In this document: piece by piece, positions 21,767-31,642 of the stretch
How positions within the stretch are numbered: the stretch's first letter is position 1
How the letters are laid out: the number at the start of each line of letters is the position of its first letter
NCBI GenBank assembly: GCA_040880105.1
Contig: JBBDJA010000010.1
Location: forward strand, 32,001 to 96,000
Direction of reading: 5' to 3'
Origin: Waddliaceae bacterium
Lineage (GTDB): Bacteria > Chlamydiota > Chlamydiia > Chlamydiales > SLOH01
Length of the DNA stretch: 64,000 nucleotides
Translations under genes and position numbers: made by a program
The notes under the pieces: model-generated
What the model saw: only the letters and a program-made list of their open reading frames with translations
What the model was told of the DNA's origin: nothing
Databases searched by the model: none

Positions 21767-23685
21767 GGATAGATGTTAAAAAGTATCTCTTCTGGGGACC
21801 AGAGAACATAAAAACCGTTTTTTTTCAAAAGGCACAGTCAGCTGGGATTATCGAGTTTATCGACCCAAAGCCTTTGAAGCAAAAAGAGATTCCTGAAGAG
21901 GTACAAAAGTACCACAATGCAATTAAGGTGCTTCGTGAAAAGCCATCCGTTACACAAGAAGAGCCCGAAAATCCAAACGACGCGAAAAAAATCGTCTCAG
22001 AAATCTTAGACCTAGAACATGCGCACGGAAAGTATTCCGAAGAAAGGCGCCAATTGCATATGGAGATTTCCCGAATAGAAGTCTTCGGAGACTTTTCACT
22101 TGAAGAGTTGAAAAAAATCGACCGAGAAACCGGCCGTAAAATTCAGTTCTTTTTTTCAAAACATTTACCCCAAGAAGAGCTCGAAATTCCTGAAGAGCTG
22201 ATTTATATCGGTTTTAAGAGTGGTCTTGATTATTTTATTTCAATTAATCCTGTTGAAAAACAGTATGATCAGATGATTGAAATGCATTTTGATCAATCGC
22301 TTGGAACGCTAAAAAATCGTTTGAATGAAATTGAGATCAAAGAGCGTAGAATCGAAGAAAAACTAAAGGATCTTGCCAAGTACAACGCCTTTTTGCACAC
22401 CGCATTGATTAAAGAGATGAATCAATATTCACTTGTTCAGGCACAGTCTTTTGCTCAAGGAAAACTTAATGACATTCTTTTTGTGATTGAAGGATGGGTA
22501 CCCAAACACAAAGAAGAGGCTCTTTTTGATTTACTCGAAGAACTCAATGTGACAGCCAATCAGATCGCAATCGAACCTTTCGATCACGTCCCTACTTTTT
22601 TGGAAAACTCTGGAACTAAACGCATCGGTGAAGATCTTGTACATATTTATGATACCCCCTCGATTACAGATAAAGATCCTTCTATTTGGGTTTTAGTCTT
22701 TTTCTCACTTTTCTTTGCCTTAATCATCAATGACGGGGGCTACGGTCTGCTCTTTTTGATAGCGGCACTTTTCATTCGCTCTAAATATAAAGTTCTCCCA
22801 AAAGCAGGAAATAGATTCTATAAACTTGTCATTATCTTATCTGTAGCAACCATCGGGTGGGGCGTATTATCCAATAGTTTTTTTGGTGTCATTTTTGATA
22901 TAGACAGCCCATTTAGAAAAGTCTCTTTGTTGCAATGGGTCTCGGAAAAAAAGGCCGCCTACCATATTGAAGAAAAGGATGACACATATCAAGAGTGGGT
23001 GAGGAAGTACCCTGCAGCTCTTGATGCTAATGATGCGAATGAGTTCTTAAAGATAGGAGCTAAGGAAAAGCCGACCGGTCAAATAGAGTATGAGATTTTA
23101 GATAAATTTAACGATTCCATTCTAATGGAGCTGGCCTTATTGGTCGGTATGATCCATGTCTCGCTTTCTTTCCTTAGGTACTTAGATATCAACTGGTCAG
23201 GCGCCGGATGGGTGATTTTTATTTTTGGCGCTTATCTCTACCTACCAAGCTACTTAGAGGCCGCGTCGATGACTCAATACATTTTTGGAGTTGATAGAGA
23301 CTTCGCTGCATTTGAAGGGATCATTATGATGGCTGGAGGACTAAGTCTTGCATTTATCTTATCCTTCATCCAAAACAAACTCTACGGGCTGCTTGAAATT
23401 ACCAATTTAATACAAGTTTTTGCAGATATACTCTCATATCTTCGCCTGTATGCACTAGGACTTGCAGGAGCGATCATCAGCAATACTGTCAATGACATTG
23501 CCGCCGGGTCACCTTGGATTTTTGCAATCTTTTTACTTTTAATCGGCCATGCCGTCAATATTATCCTCTCAATCATTGGAGGTGTTATTCACGGTTTGCG
23601 TCTAAATTTTATCGAATGGTATCACTATAGTTTTGAAGGAGGAGGAAAAATGTTTCGTCCCCTTGAAAAAGTGGTGATCGAGTAA
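21763..23685 (+). CDS. atpI: V/A-type ATP synthase subunit I
   Basis: DGGYG, DILSYLRLYALGLA (essential Arg), HGLRLNFIEW. Confidence 0.97.
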   Translation: MRIDVKKYLFWGPENIKTVFFQKAQSAGIIEFIDPKPLKQKEIPEEVQKYHNAIKVLREKPSVTQEEPENPNDAKKIVSEILDLEHAHGKYSEERRQLHMEISRIEVFGDFSLEELKKIDRETGRKIQFFFSKHLPQEELEIPEELIYIGFKSGLDYFISINPVEKQYDQMIEMHFDQSLGTLKNRLNEIEIKERRIEEKLKDLAKYNAFLHTALIKEMNQYSLVQAQSFAQGKLNDILFVIEGWVPKHKEEALFDLLEELNVTANQIAIEPFDHVPTFLENSGTKRIGEDLVHIYDTPSITDKDPSIWVLVFFSLFFALIINDGGYGLLFLIAALFIRSKYKVLPKAGNRFYKLVIILSVATIGWGVLSNSFFGVIFDIDSPFRKVSLLQWVSEKKAAYHIEEKDDTYQEWVRKYPAALDANDANEFLKIGAKEKPTGQIEYEILDKFNDSILMELALLVGMIHVSLSFLRYLDINWSGAGWVIFIFGAYLYLPSYLEAASMTQYIFGVDRDFAAFEGIIMMAGGLSLAFILSFIQNKLYGLLEITNLIQVFADILSYLRLYALGLAGAIISNTVNDIAAGSPWIFAIFLLLIGHAVNIILSIIGGVIHGLRLNFIEWYHYSFEGGGKMFRPLEKVVIE

Positions 23686-23693
23686 CAGACAGG

Positions 23694-24125
23694 ATGGGAA
23701 TTATGAATTTTGATATGGTAGGACCAGCTCTTGCCCTTGGTTTAAGTGCCATTGGTAGCAGTATTGGTTGTGGTATTGCGGGAATGGCCTCTCATGGCGT
23801 TATGAGTCGCGTTGAAGAGGGACATGGTAAGTTTATCGGGATGGCAGCAGCTCCATCCTCACAGTCGATCTACGGCTTTATTTTAATGCTTCTAATGGCT
23901 CGAGCGATTACAGATGGTTCACTATCGCCTCTATCAGGAATTGCAATCGGTTTCTCTTCAGGCGCAGCGATTATGATTTCTGCTATTTACCAAGGAAAAG
24001 TTGCAGCTACAGGTATCCAAGCCTCAGCAAAGCAACCGGCGATATTTGGTAAATGTTTTGCTGCAGTCGGTATTGTTGAATCGTTTGCTCTTTTTGCTTT
24101 CGTTTTTGCTTTACTCATCATGTAG
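23694..24125 (+). CDS. atpK: V/A-type ATP synthase subunit K (four-helix proteolipid)
   Basis: Four TM helices; PSSQSIYG, SAIYQG, IVESFA. Confidence 0.96.
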   Translation: MGIMNFDMVGPALALGLSAIGSSIGCGIAGMASHGVMSRVEEGHGKFIGMAAAPSSQSIYGFILMLLMARAITDGSLSPLSGIAIGFSSGAAIMISAIYQGKVAATGIQASAKQPAIFGKCFAAVGIVESFALFAFVFALLIM

Positions 24126-24152
24126 AATCGCTTGCAGAAAAAGCAATTTTTT

Positions 24153-24230
24153 AAAAGCAGCCTTTAGCACTTCTGAAAAACTGGATCTTGAACATCCGAA
24201 TTTCATTAGAAGTGGCTTCAGGCTGCTTTT
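24153..24230. terminator. Long imperfect inverted repeat between convergent genes
   Basis: AAAAGCAGCCT..CACTTCT / AGAAGTG..AGGCTGCTTTT. Confidence 0.6.
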
Positions 24231-24329
24231 TTATTCTGGCAGAACGATTCGCTCTTGCCACCTAAGGTTTCATTAGAAGTGGCCTCAGGCTGCTTTTTTT
24301 ATTCTGGCAAGACGATTCGCTCTTGCCAC
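24201..24329. repeat. Tandem direct duplication, period about 67 bp
   Basis: TTTCATTAGAAGTGGC(T/C)TCAGGCTGCTTTTTTATTCTGGCA..ACGATTCGCTCTTGCCAC at 24201-24261 and 24268-24329. Confidence 0.9.
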
Positions 24330-24718
24330 ATAGGATGTTCCCACGTGTTTAGTACTTGATCTTCGGCTAAAAGCTGAACTTTATAGGCTAGAATGCCACA
24401 CAGACGAAAATAATCCTCATTACATAAGAGATAACTGTATGTTCCGCAGTCCCTTGTGATCGGGACGCTGAAATTAGATTGACTATGGTCTCTAAAGCGG
24501 ATTTGAACATAAAGCGTATGCGGAAAGAGCCGTGCAGCACCTTTCGGCAAGGACCAGTTGATCAAGATTTTCTCGCCTTGAGGGGGACAGTTATATAGAG
24601 GGTCAGGTGTTCCTGTGATATAGCTTGCTAGGCTGTATTTAGTTAGATATTCTCTATTCACTTCAAGCTGCGGTGAGTGGCAGCTAGACAGAAAGAGAAG
24701 AAGTAAGAGACGTTTCAT
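24299..24718 (-). CDS. Chlamydial conserved lipoprotein
   Basis: MKRLLLLLFLSSC lipobox; LASYITGTPDP. Confidence 0.85.
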   Translation of the reverse strand: MKRLLLLLFLSSCHSPQLEVNREYLTKYSLASYITGTPDPLYNCPPQGEKILINWSLPKGAARLFPHTLYVQIRFRDHSQSNFSVPITRDCGTYSYLLCNEDYFRLCGILAYKVQLLAEDQVLNTWEHPMWQERIVLPE

Positions 24719-25772
24719 GAGTGACTGGTTCTTGTAGCTTAACAGCAGCCCAGCGGATGAGTCGTTCAGTCGTAGAAAAATCCAAACAAGGATCTGTCAC
24801 TGATACCCCATACTTAAGCTCTGATGTGTGTTTATCTAATGATTGATTTCCCGAGAAGAGATGACTTTCTAAAATTAACCCACGTATGGATTCATTTCCT
24901 GAAAGAATTTGACGGACGATCTCGTGGAATACTGTCGTTTGCTTTTTGTGAGCACGACCGGAGTTGTCATGAGAACAGTCTACAACCACAGCATTTGAGA
25001 GATTGCACTCCTTGAGCAGCGATAGAGCATATGCAATATCTGAGGGGTGATAATTGGGCTCATTTTCACCGCCGCGAAGCACCAGATGGGCCATCGGATT
25101 CCCGCGACTTATCATTTTTACCGGTCCACCTCTCTTGTCCATTCCCAAAAAAGTCTGAGATACAGATGCCGCTTTAATTCCGTCGACTGCAATTTTTATA
25201 TTTCCATCCGTATTGTTTTTAAAACCCATAGGAAAGTTAAGAGTCGATGCGATCTGTCTATGAGGTTGAGAAGAAGACGTTCGCGCGCCAATACATCCCC
25301 AGGAGATCAAATCATCGAAATAGAGAGGGGAGAGGGGTCCTAGAATTTCAGAGGCAATTGGGATTTTCTTTTGTGTGAGTTTTAACAGCAACTCACGTGT
25401 CCACTTTAGTCCAATTTCTATATCCCCGGAACCATCAAGAAGTGGGTCGTGTAAAATCCCTTGCCAACCGAATACTGTTCGAGGTTTTTCAAAATAGGTG
25501 CGCATAACCATGAAAAACTGATCGGAAACTTGAGAAGAGAGCTCAGAGAACTTTTCAGCAAACTCTTTAGCTGATGTCAGATCGTGTATCGAACAAGGTC
25601 CTACGATAATAAGCTTGCGCCTATCCTTACCTTCAAGAATCTGGCAAATCGTTTTTCTTGATTGTTCCACAAAATCTTTGTCTTCTGTAGATAATGGGAA
25701 TTCTTGAATCAGCTCTTCGGGAGTTGGCAATGGCTTTGACTGTTCTTCCGGCAATGGGTGAATTTTGGACAT
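24684..25772 (-). CDS. DAHP synthase (3-deoxy-7-phosphoheptulonate synthase), type I-alpha (AroF/G/H-like)
   Basis: GPCSIHD, RTYFEKPRT, IGART, GFKN, HLVLRGG, VDCSH, TDPC. Confidence 0.95.
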   Translation of the reverse strand: MSKIHPLPEEQSKPLPTPEELIQEFPLSTEDKDFVEQSRKTICQILEGKDRRKLIIVGPCSIHDLTSAKEFAEKFSELSSQVSDQFFMVMRTYFEKPRTVFGWQGILHDPLLDGSGDIEIGLKWTRELLLKLTQKKIPIASEILGPLSPLYFDDLISWGCIGARTSSSQPHRQIASTLNFPMGFKNNTDGNIKIAVDGIKAASVSQTFLGMDKRGGPVKMISRGNPMAHLVLRGGENEPNYHPSDIAYALSLLKECNLSNAVVVDCSHDNSGRAHKKQTTVFHEIVRQILSGNESIRGLILESHLFSGNQSLDKHTSELKYGVSVTDPCLDFSTTERLIRWAAVKLQEPVTHETSLTSSLSV

Positions 25773-25829
25773 GACAAATTGATTTGTATTGTTTAATATC
25801 TCAAACTATCAAAAAGTGAATTTTTAAAC

Positions 25830-26573
25830 ATGAAAAATCTTAAGCCCCTTTGGATTAAAGAGAGTTTGAGCCCCGAAATGCCGCCTCGCATTGCCGAGAT
25901 GGGATATAATGCTGTCGTCCTGAATGCTCCTTGCAAAAATCTTTCGGGACTTCAGTCGATCAGTACTCATAAAGAGCTGAACCCCGACTACCTACTTGTT
26001 CATGCTAAGTTTCTTGAAAACCAGAAACTGCATCTAACTTTAGAAGATCTAATGCGCGCTGAGATCGATTCTCTGCTTTCTGTTAAAAATAAAATCATTT
26101 ATTTAATTCCGGACCTTCCACCTACACAATTGCACCCTTGGCTTTTACCGTTAGAAAAAGAACTACCGAGCCGATTTATTTTAGTTGGGGGGTCAATCCC
26201 GTTTATTGAACATGGTAAAGTTCTGCCATTTCCTTCAAAGCTCGAGGGGAAACGCGCTCTATTTTCTTCATCTCCACGCTTTCCTCAAGAGGATGAAATG
26301 CTTGCTGCCTCACTATTTATTGGAGCGCATGTTCAAGATGGAGAAAAAAGTTGTTTAGAACTTTTTTCTAAATGGTGTGAATCATATCGACCCGATTGGC
26401 TAAAAAATCTCCCGTTATTTCTCAGATTACAAAGGCACATGGAAGACAAATCTCTGTATGAAGAGCCGTCCGACTCCTTAAGAAAATTGCTTACTGCTGA
26501 GACAAATTATCTCTCTTCGTGCTTGATTAAAGAGATCGAAGAGGTCTTTTCTGAACCCTTAAATTCAGTCTAA
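25830..26573 (+). CDS. Hypothetical protein
   Basis: 247 aa ORF filling the gap; no motif recognised. Confidence 0.65.
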   Translation: MKNLKPLWIKESLSPEMPPRIAEMGYNAVVLNAPCKNLSGLQSISTHKELNPDYLLVHAKFLENQKLHLTLEDLMRAEIDSLLSVKNKIIYLIPDLPPTQLHPWLLPLEKELPSRFILVGGSIPFIEHGKVLPFPSKLEGKRALFSSSPRFPQEDEMLAASLFIGAHVQDGEKSCLELFSKWCESYRPDWLKNLPLFLRLQRHMEDKSLYEEPSDSLRKLLTAETNYLSSCLIKEIEEVFSEPLNSV

Positions 26574-26705
26574 ACCTAAATTTAACTTATTTTTTAGCGA
26601 TTCCTCGCTAAAACCATTGTTTTCCTCGCTTCAATTTGTTTTTTTCTGGAATTTTTTTCGTCTATTCTGTAACATTATAATCATAATTTTTTGCTTATTG
26701 AATTA

Positions 26706-27149
26706 ATGGAAGATCTATTTTCAGTTTATATTGATCGCTTAAAAGACGGGAAAGTTGAGAAGATCTCTCAAACTTATACACCGGATTTTATCGAGACGGA
26801 AGATGTCGAACTCTCTTTTAAGGACCCGGTCCTTTACGAGGGCGAGGCTTATCTTGCCGATGATGAATTGATCCTGCATTTTAATGTAGACACATATGCA
26901 ACCATTCCGTGTAAAATTTGCAATGAACCGGTCAAAGTACCGATACAAATTAGAAATGTTTATTACCCCGTCTCTTTAAGTGAAATCAAAGGAAGCATTT
27001 ATTCCCTTAAAGAAAGTTTACGCGAGACAATTCTTCTTGAGACCCCAACTTTTGCCGAGTGTTCTCGGAATAGTTGCCCAAAACGCATGTTGCTCAATAA
27101 GTATTCAGAGAAGATGCCTCCACCGGAAAACCCTTTTTCAAAATTATAA
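26706..27149 (+). CDS. YceD/DUF177 family protein
   Basis: PCKICNEP, LRETILLETP..C...C; directly upstream of rpmF. Confidence 0.9.
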   Translation: MEDLFSVYIDRLKDGKVEKISQTYTPDFIETEDVELSFKDPVLYEGEAYLADDELILHFNVDTYATIPCKICNEPVKVPIQIRNVYYPVSLSEIKGSIYSLKESLRETILLETPTFAECSRNSCPKRMLLNKYSEKMPPPENPFSKL

Positions 27150-27166
27150 TATAGAGGAAAGAAACA

Positions 27167-27352
27167 ATGGCAGTACCACGTAGTCGCCTATCGAACCAAA
27201 GAAAAAATAAACGGCGTTCACACCATGCGAAGTCACCGAAGCAATTGCAGGGTTGCTCTAACTGTGGAACACAAAAACCATCGCACGTGATTTGTGCATC
27301 TTGCGGAACTTACGCAGGAAGACAAATCTTTGCAAAAGACACAGAAGAGTAG
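27167..27352 (+). CDS. rpmF: 50S ribosomal protein L32
   Basis: MAVPRSRLS..RK.KRRSH; CSNC and CASC Zn ribbon. Confidence 0.98.
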   Translation: MAVPRSRLSNQRKNKRRSHHAKSPKQLQGCSNCGTQKPSHVICASCGTYAGRQIFAKDTEE

Positions 27353-27382
27353 GAAATTCCGATTTCTATTGATTTCAGAAAA

Positions 27383-28327
27383 GTGAAGAGTCGAAAGGTA
27401 CGCCTAGGAATAGACTTGATGGGAAGCGAACGTTTTCCATCTGATTTATTTTCAGCATCTATCTCTCAAGTTGAGGATGATGTTGAGTTGCTTTTTTTAG
27501 CAACAGATGAGGAAATACCGGAAAACTCTTCATTTTCTTTTCATAGAGTGGACGAGGTGATCACCATGGAAGATGATCCTATCCGCTCTGTCATTTCAAA
27601 AAGACAGTCCTCATTAATTCAAGGCCTTGAACTTTTAAAACAAGGCGCTATCGATGCATTTATCACATCAGGTAATACAGGTGCTTTAATTGCCGGTTCT
27701 ACCGCGCTTTTAACTAAAATGGGATCAATGGAAAGAGCCGGTCTCCTTGCTACCCTACCTTCAAGAAGAGGCGAGTTTATAGCTCTTGATGTCGGAGGAA
27801 TGCTCTTGTGCAGACCCAATCATCTTTTGCAGTTTGCTCGCTTTGGGAGCGCTTATATCAGTGTCGTCAATGATATAGAAATGCCAAGAGTCGGACTTCT
27901 TAATGTCGGCTCCGAATCCGTAAAAGGGACTGAAGAACTGCGCGCTGCCTATCGGCTTCTTGCGGAAGATCAGCCGCATTTTGAATTTATTGGAAATGTG
28001 GAACCCGACCAGATTTTCGAAGATAATGTCGATGTTGTGGTTACAGATGGATTTTCCGGTAATGTTCTATTAAAAACATGCGAGGGTATTTCTTCGCTTA
28101 TATTTCAGAAACTCAAAGAAAATCTTTTAACTCAAGAAGGGTTGTATCTGGTCGAAAAGACATTCTGTTCTGCAGAGTATCCAGGTGCTTTGGTTTCCGG
28201 AATCGAGTCTGTTGTTCTTAAGTGTCATGGTCATTCATCAGACACTGCAATTCAACATAGCATTCAACTAGCGACTCGTTTGGTGAGACTTAATGCTCTT
28301 TCTCAAATCAGTTCAAAAATGGTCTGA
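27383..28327 (+). CDS. plsX: Phosphate acyltransferase PlsX
   Basis: IDLMGS, SGNTGA, VGLLNVGSE..KG, DVVVTDGFSGNVLLK, KCHGHS. Confidence 0.96.
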   Translation: MKSRKVRLGIDLMGSERFPSDLFSASISQVEDDVELLFLATDEEIPENSSFSFHRVDEVITMEDDPIRSVISKRQSSLIQGLELLKQGAIDAFITSGNTGALIAGSTALLTKMGSMERAGLLATLPSRRGEFIALDVGGMLLCRPNHLLQFARFGSAYISVVNDIEMPRVGLLNVGSESVKGTEELRAAYRLLAEDQPHFEFIGNVEPDQIFEDNVDVVVTDGFSGNVLLKTCEGISSLIFQKLKENLLTQEGLYLVEKTFCSAEYPGALVSGIESVVLKCHGHSSDTAIQHSIQLATRLVRLNALSQISSKMV

Positions 28328-29457
28328 GCAGCTTCGATGCTTGCGACTTTATCTTTAAGTTTGCTTCGCAAGGTTTTGCATTTTTCAATACAGATCTTAC
28401 GTGAATCTGTATCTTCGTGAAGCTCTTCTAGATTTCGAAGAATATTTTTTGGACTCAAACCCTTTGCGATCAGTTCCGGAAATACAGAGTCTTCCATTAA
28501 AATATTGACAATACAGTAGTAGGGAAGGTTGAGTCTCAGGAAGTATTTAGCAATGAGTTTGTTGAACAGGTTTAACTTATACATGACAACAGATGGGCAC
28601 GAATGTAGCGCAAGTTCTAGAGTGACACTTCCGGACTTGGCAATTGCGCTCTTGCAATCTTTCATAAGTTCATAAGAGTACGATTTTGGAAGAAGAAATA
28701 TATTTTCATTAATGATTAAAGACTTTCCTTCGAGCATTTGATGCATTGAGGGAATGACTTGTTCGTGAGCGCATGAGATAGCAAAAACAGCATCCGGATA
28801 TTTCTTTTTGAATTGTTCAGCGGCTTTTAGTTGGTAGGGGAGATTACTTAACACTTCGCTACGCCTGCTTCCCGGAAAGAGACCGATTAGATGATCACTT
28901 TCTCTAATACCAAATAGACGCTTCCACTGAGGGTCATATGTGTGTTTTTCTACTATCTCTGCAATCGGGTTGCCCACATAAGTCACAGGAAGAGAGGTCT
29001 TTTCAAAAAGCTTTTTTTCAAATGGGAGGATAGTCAGTAAGTGGTCAAGGCAATGTTCCATTTTTTCAATTCTGCCCTTTCCCCATGCCCATACTGAGGG
29101 TGATACATACTGAATGACTTTCCCTTTATATCCACTGCGCTTTAATGCTGACGCAAGTCTTAAATTAAATCCGGGATAATCGATGAGAATGACAGCGTCC
29201 GGTTGAGTAAGAAGAATATGATCTTGAACTTGCTTGAGTCGCTTCACCATTTTTCTTAGCGATTTGATAAGGTCCGAAAACCCCATCACTTCAAAATCTT
29301 CAGCGCGCATTACGGCTTCTACACCATTATCTCGCATAGTTGCACCTGCGACGCCCTGCAGTACATGATTCGGGAATTTTTCTTTTAAAGAGAGAGCAAG
29401 CATCCCTCCTAGTAGATCACCGCTTTTTTCTCCGGCCATGATAAAAAGTGACTTCAT
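28303..29457 (-). CDS. lpxB: Lipid-A-disaccharide synthase
   Basis: AGEKSGDLLG, IDYPGFN, YVSPSVWAW, LFPGSR, KSGSVTLELAL. Confidence 0.97.
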   Translation of the reverse strand: MKSLFIMAGEKSGDLLGGMLALSLKEKFPNHVLQGVAGATMRDNGVEAVMRAEDFEVMGFSDLIKSLRKMVKRLKQVQDHILLTQPDAVILIDYPGFNLRLASALKRSGYKGKVIQYVSPSVWAWGKGRIEKMEHCLDHLLTILPFEKKLFEKTSLPVTYVGNPIAEIVEKHTYDPQWKRLFGIRESDHLIGLFPGSRRSEVLSNLPYQLKAAEQFKKKYPDAVFAISCAHEQVIPSMHQMLEGKSLIINENIFLLPKSYSYELMKDCKSAIAKSGSVTLELALHSCPSVVMYKLNLFNKLIAKYFLRLNLPYYCIVNILMEDSVFPELIAKGLSPKNILRNLEELHEDTDSRKICIEKCKTLRSKLKDKVASIEAAQTIFELI

Positions 29458-30104
29458 GCGCTTTTCTCCCTTGAAAGTAAAATGAGATTGCGAGCATACG
29501 GCACAAGGCTAAGTAGAGGCCCAGTGACATTAATAAAATCTTGGATGTAGACAAAGTAGACGAGAGTTAAAATGCTACCAGCGCCGCTGATCCAAAAAAA
29601 TAGAGGGGTAAGCAGACTCGTTTGGTTTTTCTCCGCTTGCCACCATTGCACCCAGAAACGAGATGCAAAAAGAGTCATTCCAATGACCCCAAGCATGTGC
29701 CAAGGCCATCCGACTGCTCTGCTTGGTTGATGCCAAAGTGATGAGGGGATACGAAACCATTCAGTAGACGTCATCCAATAGATTCCCGTACAACATGATA
29801 ACGTTAAAAAAAGAAGGAAGATTGTCTGTTTAGCAGAGTATCGTTTGTCGCTCATCAAGTTAAGGTTGCGCCAAGAGATAAACGCGCCGCCGACCTGGGT
29901 TAAAAAAAGGTGAAACTGTAGTTGAATAAAGGCATGAATCATCAAAGAGAGGTTCCCTAAAATTGATAACTGCCAAAATCCTTTTGTGACATATGATTTT
30001 CCATTTGCCTCACTGAGGATCCATTGGTAAATCACGCGGCCGCCAAAGAGGATTTGCGCGCAAAGACCCAAAGGGTAGAGGACAACTCGAAGAGAATCAT
30101 CCAT
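29454..30104 (-). CDS. Membrane protein with two lipid A biosynthesis N-terminal (LAB_N) repeats
   Basis: LFGGRVIYQWILSE..S...FW and LFASRFWVQWWQAE..S...FFW; YARNL. Confidence 0.88.
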   Translation of the reverse strand: MDDSLRVVLYPLGLCAQILFGGRVIYQWILSEANGKSYVTKGFWQLSILGNLSLMIHAFIQLQFHLFLTQVGGAFISWRNLNLMSDKRYSAKQTIFLLFLTLSCCTGIYWMTSTEWFRIPSSLWHQPSRAVGWPWHMLGVIGMTLFASRFWVQWWQAEKNQTSLLTPLFFWISGAGSILTLVYFVYIQDFINVTGPLLSLVPYARNLILLSREKSA

Positions 30105-30819
30105 TTTTGATCCGATAGTTAATCACGCGTTTGCGCATCCATCGAACGGCTAAAAGATCGGCGATTGTATTGAATGAACGGTTGAAGAAGTTGTACTTGG
30201 TTTGACCTTCTGTGCGCGGTCTGTGATTAACATCGACTTCTTTAATTGAAAATCCCTCAATAGAAAATAGCGCAGGTAGGAAACGGTGCATGCCGTTATA
30301 CATTTTTATCTTTTGTAAACAGCTCTTCTTGTAAATCTTTAGTGAACATCCCGTGTCCTTTACCGGATCTTCTAAAAGGTAGTTGCGAAGGGCGTTTGCA
30401 AGTTTTGAAGTGAGGCGTTTGACAAGAGTGTCTTTCCGTTTTTTTCGACGACCGCATACAAGATCATATCCCTTACCCTCATCAATTAACATCGGAATGT
30501 CCCGAGGATCGTTTTGGCGATCTCCATCTAGTGTGATGACATACTCTCCCTTTGCAGCCTCAAAACCTGCAGCAAACGCGCTTGACTGTCCGTAATTTTT
30601 GTTAAAGGCGATCACTTTTAAAAATGGTTTGTTCTTGGATAAATCTTTAAGAATAGGAAGGGTTTGATCCGTCGACCCATCATCAATACATATGAGTTCC
30701 CATGGCTTTTGAAGGCCGTTCATCACTTCTTCGACCTCTTGAATTAGCAAAGAAATGTTTCCCTCTTCATTTTTCAGGGGTATGACAATTGAATACAGAA
30801 GGCTCACCCTTCCCTCCAC
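30097..30819 (-). CDS. GT2 polyprenol-phosphate glycosyltransferase (Dpm1/ArnC-like)
   Basis: SIVIPLKNE, IDDGSTD, NYGQSSA, TLDGDRQNDP, DTGCSLK, HRFLP. Confidence 0.93.
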   Translation of the reverse strand: MEGRVSLLYSIVIPLKNEEGNISLLIQEVEEVMNGLQKPWELICIDDGSTDQTLPILKDLSKNKPFLKVIAFNKNYGQSSAFAAGFEAAKGEYVITLDGDRQNDPRDIPMLIDEGKGYDLVCGRRKKRKDTLVKRLTSKLANALRNYLLEDPVKDTGCSLKIYKKSCLQKIKMYNGMHRFLPALFSIEGFSIKEVDVNHRPRTEGQTKYNFFNRSFNTIADLLAVRWMRKRVINYRIKNG

Positions 30820-30886
30820 GGATTATAAGTAGAAAAGATCATAGCGGATAGGAAGATAAAAATTCAATGTGAGAGAGCGTTAAAAT

Positions 30887-31642
30887 TTAATCGATTAGTT
30901 TGTTTTTAAGCCAAGATGCGCCGTCGGAGAAAATTTTATCTGGAGTCCCATGCCCCTTAAAACCGATTGAGGGGTACATCACAAGTTCAATTTTTGGAGA
31001 GCGAATGCCGGAGTTAGCAGCGGCATTGATAACAGACAGTAAGCTTTCAATGCAGTGTTCTGTCCCTACACGTTCGTCTCGGTTCCCAATATAGTATTTG
31101 ATTTGTTTTGAGATCAGCTGGTCCTTCATAGCAACAACAGAAAATGGATCTTCTTTCAGAAAGTCAAAAGTTTGCAAAACTGTAAGATCTGTTACAGGGG
31201 CAAATCCAAGAATAAATGAGACCCTTGGTTCTTTAGCGGCAAGAGCTGAGGCGATATATCCTCCTCTTGATATCCCGGCAGTTGCCAGGCGCGCCGGATC
31301 TGTGTACCCTTGCTTGATAACAAAATCAATCGCTTCGAGACATTGCTCAATGAACGGTGAAATAAAGTTGCGCCCCTCTGATAGAGCCTCTGCCCATTTC
31401 TTCATTGATTTTGTGTGTGGAAGGTCATTTGTGTGATAAGGCAAAGTCAGAGAAAAAACGCGGCAATTATGGGAGGAAAGAAGTTTTGGAACTTTTGAGA
31501 ATGGAAGTAGATTTAAACTCTCCTCTCCTGTGAGAGCAAAATAAAAAAGTGTGGGGAGCGATCCTTGCGAAAGAGACGGGCCTAGGTGATAAAGGGTGGT
31601 TCCCGCCTCTGTTTTTAGAATATCAATTTCGCTATTTGTCAT
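30887..31642 (-). CDS. Alpha/beta hydrolase
   Basis: GISRGG nucleophile elbow; GNRDERV Asp; KGHGT His. Confidence 0.85.
   Translation of the reverse strand: MTNSEIDILKTEAGTTLYHLGPSLSQGSLPTLFYFALTGEESLNLLPFSKVPKLLSSHNCRVFSLTLPYHTNDLPHTKSMKKWAEALSEGRNFISPFIEQCLEAIDFVIKQGYTDPARLATAGISRGGYIASALAAKEPRVSFILGFAPVTDLTVLQTFDFLKEDPFSVVAMKDQLISKQIKYYIGNRDERVGTEHCIESLLSVINAAANSGIRSPKIELVMYPSIGFKGHGTPDKIFSDGASWLKNKLID

Noticed and set aside
24201..24329. Possible CRISPR array
   Set aside because: Only two units of about 61 bp with a 6 bp gap, overlapping a gene end; no cas genes.
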